Shown: one piece after another, positions 57,423 to 64,000 of the stretch
Layout: each line of letters starts with the position of its first letter
How positions within the stretch are numbered: the first letter of the stretch is position 1
NCBI GenBank assembly: GCA_963702095.1
Contig: OY969706.1
Coordinates: 2,688,001-2,752,000, forward strand
Reading direction: 5' to 3'
Source: Candidatus Bathyarchaeota archaeon
Lineage (GTDB): Archaea; Thermoproteota; Bathyarchaeia; Bathyarchaeales; Bathycorpusculaceae
Length of the DNA: 64,000 bases
Program-made: the position numbers and the translations under genes
Notes under the pieces: model-generated
What the model was told of the DNA's origin: nothing
Database searches by the model: none
The model's input: the letters and a program-made list of their open reading frames with translations, nothing else

Positions 57423-57779
57423 TTAACTGTACTCTCTATAGGTGTAGTTGCATTTTGTGCAGCGTAGAAACTGCGTTGAAGATTCGTCGGCGCCTCTGGT
57501 TTGCACTTGCCACACGTAGGCGATGTTGTTGCCGCATCTGGGGCATTCAATACGCACAGTGGGCAGGGTGCTGAGTTTCTGTTCTTCTTTGCCTATCACG
57601 GCGACGAATTGCTGGGGATTATGCTGAATAATTTTAGGCGCTACTTTCTGCTCAATTTTCTCTTCTGCCTCAGGCTTTTTGTAGCCGCATTTGGGGCAGG
57701 CTAAAACTAGAGTTGCTTCTTTTCCACTCTTGGATTTTTTAGGCTCTAGGCGTGAACCGCATTTAGGGCAAAATTCCAT
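57423..57779 (-). CDS. tfs: transcription factor S (TFS/RpoM)
   Basis: MEFCPKCG, CPRCG, QTRGADE, CTKC. Confidence 0.95.
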   Translation of the reverse strand: MEFCPKCGSRLEPKKSKSGKEATLVLACPKCGYKKPEAEEKIEQKVAPKIIQHNPQQFVAVIGKEEQKLSTLPTVRIECPRCGNNIAYVWQVQTRGADESSTQFLRCTKCNYTYREYS

Positions 57780-57850
57780 ACCACGTTACACATCCACTTG
57801 GGGGATTTCCTTAGCATTGAGACTTTTATACTTTTTCTAACTCCCAGATA

Positions 57851-58432
57851 CTATGGGGTTACGCCTGAAGCGATAAGGTGGGCGACACGGAGGGGTTCAG
57901 GATAGCCGCCTCTAACCGAAGTCAACTCCAAAACCTCCAAAGCCTCCGCCAACGTGATTCCAGCCAAACCCACATAGAGTTTGGCGCCGTGATTGATGAC
58001 TTCGTGGATTACTCCTGCGTCTTGGACGATTCGCCAGCGTTCCTCGGTTTGCGGCAGATGACTAAGCGCCTGATGGATTGAGTCTAAATTGGGTTTCTCG
58101 CGGGTCAACGCCAAAACCGGCAGCCCCACCTCGGCAGAGAGCCTCTTTATGTCGACTAAGTTGAAGCCTGCAAAGGTTATGCCGCTAAGCATCACCAGCC
58201 GCAGTTGCCGACAGTGCGGAGAAGCCAAAATCATCCGGATGATTTTTTGTGTTGCATCTAAGCCGTCGATGGCGACTGTTGTGTGCATGACACCGTCTAT
58301 GCTTAAGCCTCCGCGGAAAACGACGCCTACGACGAGGGCTTGTCCCACTTTTTTTGGGGTGAATCTGCCATCGTCGACGCCGAGCACTCGGATTTCAGGT
58401 TTTATAACTCGAAACGTTTTGGCATTGCTCAA
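57851..58432 (-). CDS. DUF99/UPF0215 endonuclease V-like protein
   Basis: RVLGVDDG, DGLDAT, GITFAGFN, PEPLRVAHLIA. Confidence 0.88.
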   Translation of the reverse strand: MSNAKTFRVIKPEIRVLGVDDGRFTPKKVGQALVVGVVFRGGLSIDGVMHTTVAIDGLDATQKIIRMILASPHCRQLRLVMLSGITFAGFNLVDIKRLSAEVGLPVLALTREKPNLDSIHQALSHLPQTEERWRIVQDAGVIHEVINHGAKLYVGLAGITLAEALEVLELTSVRGGYPEPLRVAHLIASGVTP

Positions 58433-58496
58433 GACGGTATCCTGTAAAATAAGAAGAGGGTCCAACTAAAAATGGTAGTGTGGAAAAAAGGGTGGT

Positions 58497-58778
58497 TTAG
58501 GCTTTTAGAACGCGGTCGAGTTCTTTGCCAAACATATCGTTGGCTTCCTTGACTTTCTCGGCTGCATCTATGAGTGCGTCTTCAGGCTTTGTTTTGCCTT
58601 TCATACGCACATAGATTATTGGACTGGATGCTAAGGGGTGTGGTACATCGTACCCTGCGAAGTCCACCCGTTTGTCCTCTAAGAGGCGTTTTTGGATGAG
58701 ATTACAGAGTCCGTGGCTACTGCCTTCGACTTCGATTTTAAGTTCGTTTTCAGATTTTTTTAGAACTTTAACTTTCAC
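58497..58778 (-). CDS. rpoL: RNA polymerase subunit Rpo11 (L)
   Basis: EGSSHGLCN, FAGYDVPHPL; GTG start at 58778. Confidence 0.92.
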   Translation of the reverse strand: MKVKVLKKSENELKIEVEGSSHGLCNLIQKRLLEDKRVDFAGYDVPHPLASSPIIYVRMKGKTKPEDALIDAAEKVKEANDMFGKELDRVLKA

Positions 58779-58791
58779 TGTTTTTCCCTCT

Positions 58792-59373
58792 TTAAAGCGT
58801 TTCCTTGCCGTAGTCAGGAGCAACCTTGCGACGTTCCACGTTTCCGCATTTGGGGCATTTTAAGTCGTATCGATCTTGGTTTAGCAGGGTTCCATCGCGG
58901 CTACAGGAGGCAAAGATTATCCCAAGGTTCCTATCGTTTGTGGATAAGTGGAAGATTTGGTTTTTTTCACTAATTACTTTGGCGCGAACTATATCGCCGG
59001 GTTTAACGGCGTCGCTCATCTGGTCGATGTATCGGTCGGAGACGTCGCTTACGTGGAGGATGCCGCCGAAGTTGCCTGTTAATTGTTTTTTGCCTATGCG
59101 GAAGATTTTGACTAAGGTGTTGTCGGATTGGGCGTTGCCGATTTGTCCGATGACGACGGTTCCGACTTTGGGAACCACTGCGCCGGGTACAACCGGATAG
59201 ACTGATACGCGTCGGTTCTGCAGGTCTACCAATGAGCGCCCGACGATTTTTGAGTAGATGACGCCGTCTTTAGTGTAGGTTCCTGAATCAGGAATGAATT
59301 CTTCGATTACGCCGAGGCGTTCGCCGGGCAGTACGAGGTGACCGCTTTTTTGTTCTGGTGGATTTAATGCCAT
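58792..59373 (-). CDS. csl4: exosome RNA-binding subunit Csl4
   Basis: VLPGERLGVIEEF, S1 domain, PGDIVRAKV, CSRD..CPKCG..RRKVA. Confidence 0.93.
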   Translation of the reverse strand: MALNPPEQKSGHLVLPGERLGVIEEFIPDSGTYTKDGVIYSKIVGRSLVDLQNRRVSVYPVVPGAVVPKVGTVVIGQIGNAQSDNTLVKIFRIGKKQLTGNFGGILHVSDVSDRYIDQMSDAVKPGDIVRAKVISEKNQIFHLSTNDRNLGIIFASCSRDGTLLNQDRYDLKCPKCGNVERRKVAPDYGKETL

Positions 59374-59478
59374 ATATCTTCATCTTTATGTTAGGTAAAT
59401 AGGGAAGCTTGAATTTTATAAGTGCATATGCTTAGTTTCCATTCCCCGCAATAAACCTTTTGATGAAAATAAACACGC

Positions 59479-60174
59479 CTATGGCGACTGGGTCTTGATA
59501 ATGTAGAGGTCTATTACGAAGTCATGCTTCAGTTTCCTGTGAAAATCGAACAGTTTGGGAATCGTCATAAGCATCGCATACACTGCCGAAACTGCGCCTC
59601 CGTGTTTGGCGATGAACCGCTCCAAGAAGGCGTTTGGCTGCACCTGCACCATTCCTCCGCTGGATTTAAGCAGTTTTATGAGGCGTTCGTCGACTTCAGG
59701 GTGGTTATGCAGTGAGTAGACGGCGTTGCCGACTTCAAGCGCCTTAACCAAGAAAGCGCGGTCAGCCTCGCGGGTCTGGACGCCAAACGGCGGATTCTGC
59801 AGAACAGTATCAAACTGCCCAGTGATGGCAGCGATGTCTCCGTTAACCAGTTGAAACGGTAGCTCTGCCTTGACGGCGTTTTCTTTGGCCGTTTTTATGG
59901 CGACTGGGTCGATGTCTATGCCCACGACTTCTTTTGCGCCCAAGTAAGCGGCGCCTAACCCCAACCGCCCTGTGCCACAGCCCAAATCCAGCACCGCCTT
60001 GTCGATGACGTCACCGTTTGTGTAGCTGGCGAGGTAGAGCATGTTTGCGGCTATCTGCTCAGAAACCGTGTACTGCTCAAGCTGAGCCTGAGGGTTGGGC
60101 TGCGGCGTCAGTGACTCTAAGAAGAGTTCAAGGTCTAGCTTTCGAATAAGCCTTTTCTGAGCATATCCGTCCAT
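59479..60174 (-). CDS. METTL5 family RNA methyltransferase
   Basis: LEQY, DLGCGTG, NPPFG, D..FL..AL, VYSLH. Confidence 0.9.
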   Translation of the reverse strand: MDGYAQKRLIRKLDLELFLESLTPQPNPQAQLEQYTVSEQIAANMLYLASYTNGDVIDKAVLDLGCGTGRLGLGAAYLGAKEVVGIDIDPVAIKTAKENAVKAELPFQLVNGDIAAITGQFDTVLQNPPFGVQTREADRAFLVKALEVGNAVYSLHNHPEVDERLIKLLKSSGGMVQVQPNAFLERFIAKHGGAVSAVYAMLMTIPKLFDFHRKLKHDFVIDLYIIKTQSP

Positions 60175-61136
60175 GAGACCTCGCCGCAAACCACCATAAA
60201 CTCGTTAACTGTAAGCATTGGCTTTTGAAACTTACCTGGAGCATCCAATGAGATACGTGGGCAAGCTGTGTTGACGTAGGCGTCGATGCTTGGGAACTCC
60301 ATCAGTGACTCAGGAGTGATTTCTCTGCCAGCCAACAAAAATGCTGCTCGACCCGTCATCTCCGCCGATTTTTTTACTCTTAAGGCTTGGTCGAGGTGTT
60401 TCTGTCCAGGTTTTAAGCTGACGAGTATGCCGATGCTTTTGGCGTTTTGGGCTTCTTGGATGCCCGCATAACGCTGTTTTATGATGCGTTGGGCTTGGTC
60501 TGTTATCGAGTGTGCTCGGTTGTCGTAGGGATCGGCGATTATTGTAGGTTTGGATGTGGCTAATGCTATGCCTAGGGCGTGGAACATGCCGCCGCCGACA
60601 AAAAGAAACGCATCGACCTGCCGAGCAATGGCTGTGACGTTGCTATAATTGCAACCAATAACCTGCCCAGCATAATCCATCTGCTCCGCGTTACCGATGA
60701 ACACGACTTTTCCCGCGTCAGTTAAGATTTGTTTTGCTGAGTCTATCGTCTTTATGTGTTGGATTGAGGTGGCTAAACCTATACTGCGGTAAGAATCCAG
60801 CAGTATAAGGGCTTGATTGACCGCAGTGTCGATTTGGATGTTTGCGTAAGCTTCCACGTAGAGCGTGGGAGTTTTTTCCTCTTTGATGATTCTTGCGTGT
60901 CCAAAATGCACTATTAGGTCTACGCCTAAACTTGCCGCTTCGGTTTCAGCGATGTCACAGGCGCCATAGCAGGGGTCAGACGAAATTATCGGAGTTGCAC
61001 CGTAATCCTCGACGATTTTGGCGAGTCTTGTTGCTTGAGGTTTTAGGCCTTGAGGCATCTGTAGCAGAACCCGTTTAGCGTCAAGTCTAACTATTTCCTG
61101 CTTGATTCTTTGTTCTTCAAAGTCGAATTCTGACAT
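60135..61136 (-). CDS. dph2: diphthamide biosynthesis enzyme Dph2
   Basis: LQMPQGLK, PCYGACD, HFGH, GQVIGC, GGMFH, TACPRI. Confidence 0.94.
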   Translation of the reverse strand: MSEFDFEEQRIKQEIVRLDAKRVLLQMPQGLKPQATRLAKIVEDYGATPIISSDPCYGACDIAETEAASLGVDLIVHFGHARIIKEEKTPTLYVEAYANIQIDTAVNQALILLDSYRSIGLATSIQHIKTIDSAKQILTDAGKVVFIGNAEQMDYAGQVIGCNYSNVTAIARQVDAFLFVGGGMFHALGIALATSKPTIIADPYDNRAHSITDQAQRIIKQRYAGIQEAQNAKSIGILVSLKPGQKHLDQALRVKKSAEMTGRAAFLLAGREITPESLMEFPSIDAYVNTACPRISLDAPGKFQKPMLTVNEFMVVCGEVSWTDMLRKGLFES

Positions 61137-61182
61137 GTTCAGTCCACTGATAAAATAAGACTAAAAAGAAGAAGGGATGATT

Positions 61183-63603
61183 TTACCATTCCCAGTCTTG
61201 AACCGGCTTCTTCATAGGTTTGCCCATTGCCAATGCCGCTTGCTCCGCGAGGCGTTCAAGGATAATTTTCTGTTCAACTTGGGCGACGTTTCGGCGTGTG
61301 GTGAATACTGCGTCATTGTTGACTGAAATGCTGTCGATGCCTGCTCTGACGAGGAACTCTGCGAAATCCGGCAGGTTGCTGGGGCCTTCACCGCAGATGC
61401 TGACTGTAACTCCGTTTTCGTGGGCGACTTGGATCAGGTGGGCGATGATGCGTTTGACTGCTGGGTCGCGTTCGTCGAAGTATCCCATTTGGCCGAGGCG
61501 TTCAGAGTCACGGTCAATCATGAGTACGCCCTGTGTCATGTCGTTTGAGCCTATGCTGAACCCGTCAACGAGTTTGCTGAATTCGTCTGCCATGATGGCG
61601 ATTGCAGGTGTTTCAGCCATGAACCAGATTTTGAAGTCTTTGCTGCGTTCTAAGCCTTCGTCTTTCATGATTTGCAGCACAGCTTTTGCTTCCCAGAGGG
61701 TGCGAACCATCGGGAGCATGACGTAGACGTTTTTGAGGCCCCATTCACTGCGGCATTTCTTGATGGCTTGACATTCCAATCTGAAGGCTTTATCGTACCA
61801 TCTGCTGATGTAGCGGCTGCATCCTCTCCAACCCAACATGGGGTTCTCTTCTACGATTTCGTATTTGTCGCCGCCTTTGAGGTTACGGTACTCGTTGGTT
61901 TTGAAGTCGCTAAGGCGGACAACGACAGGTTTAGGCTGGATTGCTCTTGCAACTACGGCAACTGCATCGGCGAATTTGTCGACGAATTCTTGGCCTTTTC
62001 CTTCCTCGACAAACGCCATCGGGTGCTTGCCAATTGTGCTTGCCAAGATGAATTCGGTGCGCATAAGACCTATGCCTTCAAACGGCAGGTTCTTGTATTG
62101 CTCAATCATCTCGGGGGTACCGAGGTTCATGTAGATTTTTGTTGCAGTAACTGGGGCTGATTCTGCTACAACCACTGATTTGCCGCCGTCTTGACTGATT
62201 GCGGGTGCAACTGCCTGCGGCATGATCCCCTCATAAATAACGCCGTTTCTGGAGTCAACGGTGTAATCTACGCCTGTCTGCATGACTTGAGTGGCGGTTT
62301 CTGTGCCTACGACACAGGGGATGTTGAGTTCGCGGCTGACGATGGCTGCGTGGCTGGTGATGCCGCCTTTATCAGTGACTATAGCAGACGCCATCTTCAT
62401 AAATGGGACAAAGTCTGGGTCCGTCATGGCGGTGACGAGAACGTCTCCTTTCTGCATAAATTTGTTTGCCTCGTCGAGGTTGAGGACAACTTTGGCTTTG
62501 CCCACGCCGTATCCTCTTCTGCCAGCGGAGATTCCGCGGACAACAATTTTTAGTGCTTCAGCTTTTCCTTCTTCCATTTTTGACCCCTCAGTGAGTTTTG
62601 AGCCGAAAACCGTTTCTGGACGAGCCTGAACAAGCATCATGTTTTCGGGATAAGATAAGTCTTGGTCGATTGCCCATTCAATATCCATGGGTTTGCCATA
62701 GTGTTTCTCGATGCGTTTAGCAAGGTTTGCTAAAAACTGGATTTCAGTGTCGGTTACGCAGACAAGTTTCTGTTCTACTTCAGGGATATCTTGATGGATG
62801 GTTTTGCCGGTTTTGAGGTCGCGGATATAGCGGACAGTTTTACGGGCGATGCGACGATCCTTAATCATGGTAGAGCCTTTGTCGACGACAAAATCGTCAG
62901 GGTTCACTGCGCCTGAAACGACTGTTTCTCCGAGGCCAAAGTTGCCTTCAATTACGATTTCATCCCGGTTGCCTGTAACAGGGTTAATTGTGAACATGAC
63001 GCCTGCACAGCGGCTGTTAACCATTTTCTGGACGCCGACGCTTATGAAAACCTTCTCGTGCGGGAATCCTTTCTCGTTGCGGTAGAAGATTGCTCTTGGC
63101 GTGAAGAGGCTGCTCCAGCATTTGACAACTTTCTCGATTAAGTCGTCGGCGCCTTTCACGTTTAGAAAAGTTTCCTGTTGACCCGCAAACGACGCGTCTG
63201 GGAGGTCTTCGGCAGTGGCACTTGAGCGGACTGCAACAAAAGTGTCTTTTAGTTCGAAGCGTTTGTTGAGGTCGGCGTAGGAGTTGCGTATGGCGACTTC
63301 GATGTCTTTGGGCATCGGAGTCTTCCCCATGAGCTCGCGGATCTTTTTGGACGCTACATCGTATTGTTTGGGGTCGTTTGGGTTAGTTACGGTTTCTTTT
63401 ATGATTGCGTAGATTTGTTCGGCGATTTTTTTCTCAACAATGTAGCGTTCATAGGAATATGCGGTTACCGCAAAACCAAAAGGAACGGGTAAACCCGCAT
63501 GGATCATTTCTCCAAGGCTGGCGTTCTTGCCGCCAACAATGGATACATCAGTATTTCTAAGATTATCAAACCATAAAACAAGTGCTTTCTCTTTCACACT
63601 CAA
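61183..63603 (-). CDS. ppsA: phosphoenolpyruvate synthase
   Basis: VGGKNASLGEM, VRSSATAEDLP, TSHAAIVSRE, ENPMLGWRG, FSIGSND, SICG. Confidence 0.96.
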   Translation of the reverse strand: MSVKEKALVLWFDNLRNTDVSIVGGKNASLGEMIHAGLPVPFGFAVTAYSYERYIVEKKIAEQIYAIIKETVTNPNDPKQYDVASKKIRELMGKTPMPKDIEVAIRNSYADLNKRFELKDTFVAVRSSATAEDLPDASFAGQQETFLNVKGADDLIEKVVKCWSSLFTPRAIFYRNEKGFPHEKVFISVGVQKMVNSRCAGVMFTINPVTGNRDEIVIEGNFGLGETVVSGAVNPDDFVVDKGSTMIKDRRIARKTVRYIRDLKTGKTIHQDIPEVEQKLVCVTDTEIQFLANLAKRIEKHYGKPMDIEWAIDQDLSYPENMMLVQARPETVFGSKLTEGSKMEEGKAEALKIVVRGISAGRRGYGVGKAKVVLNLDEANKFMQKGDVLVTAMTDPDFVPFMKMASAIVTDKGGITSHAAIVSRELNIPCVVGTETATQVMQTGVDYTVDSRNGVIYEGIMPQAVAPAISQDGGKSVVVAESAPVTATKIYMNLGTPEMIEQYKNLPFEGIGLMRTEFILASTIGKHPMAFVEEGKGQEFVDKFADAVAVVARAIQPKPVVVRLSDFKTNEYRNLKGGDKYEIVEENPMLGWRGCSRYISRWYDKAFRLECQAIKKCRSEWGLKNVYVMLPMVRTLWEAKAVLQIMKDEGLERSKDFKIWFMAETPAIAIMADEFSKLVDGFSIGSNDMTQGVLMIDRDSERLGQMGYFDERDPAVKRIIAHLIQVAHENGVTVSICGEGPSNLPDFAEFLVRAGIDSISVNNDAVFTTRRNVAQVEQKIILERLAEQAALAMGKPMKKPVQDWEW

Positions 63604-64000
63604 AATGTCTCCGTCTCCGGTTGAGCCTCTTCGGTCTTACTAGGAGATGCTTCAATCTTAGAGATAACTATTTTGCAGTGGATTGGAAGTTTTGCACTGC
63701 CTCTTTTGAGGGCTACTTTGGCGGTTTCAACAGCCGCTGCTTTAACCTTGACAGTGATGATGGGTTGCCCCACCTCCACTTTTGCGGCTGTTCCAATCGC
63801 GGTGCCGAAGCTGCGTCTCATGCCCTGTTGGAGACGGTCTGCGTGAGCGCCGAAAATCATCTTGTTTTCTCTCAGAATGATGTGTGGGTATGGGTGAACG
63901 ATCATGTAGTAATCGTTTATGAGTTTATCCATTAAGATACGGTTGGTTGCTACACGTGCTGCTTCCAGTGCGCTGTGGCGAATTTGAACTCGCTCAGTAG
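63600..64000 (-). CDS. rpl10e: 50S ribosomal protein L10e (uL16), 5' end beyond window
   Basis: QIRHSALEAAR, PHIILRENK, ADRLQQGMRRSFG, KLP. Confidence 0.95.
   Translation of the reverse strand, partial: TERVQIRHSALEAARVATNRILMDKLINDYYMIVHPYPHIILRENKMIFGAHADRLQQGMRRSFGTAIGTAAKVEVGQPIITVKVKAAAVETAKVALKRGSAKLPIHCKIVISKIEASPSKTEEAQPETETF

Overview
Archaeal chromosomal segment, most likely Bathyarchaeia (TACK). The assignment is inferred from the archaeal information-processing genes, a Fae-Hps fusion, and a PQQ-propeller surface protein paired with a TrmB regulator. Most of the window is core genes: tRNA-Leu(GAG), cysK/cysE, guaA, nucleotide-sugar genes, RFC, eIF2-gamma/rpoE/S24e/S27ae, L3-L4-L23-L2-S19, PCNA/PriL/PriS/GINS, TFS/RpoL/Csl4/Dph2, ppsA and L10e. 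Several small accessory islets interrupt these blocks. Seven single-base-scale frameshifts in six genes, including guaA and rpl3, look like sequencing errors. Main unexplained signals: (1) a modular family of degenerate intergenic repeats (modules M1-M4), whose GTTGTTG...CAACAAC hairpin module sits with fixed polarity at accessory/core junctions; (2) an intact orphan terminase large subunit with an HTH/coiled-coil partner and no other viral genes, bracketed by those repeats; (3) a Fis-like HTH fused to Fae-Hps, with seven CCGACA/TGTCGG sites packed around its own start; (4) two near-identical 115-bp MITE-like repeats flanking a B12 radical SAM gene; (5) a cryptic HhH-like/zinc-ribbon gene divergent from a CARF-like (HFX_2341/DUF6293) regulator.
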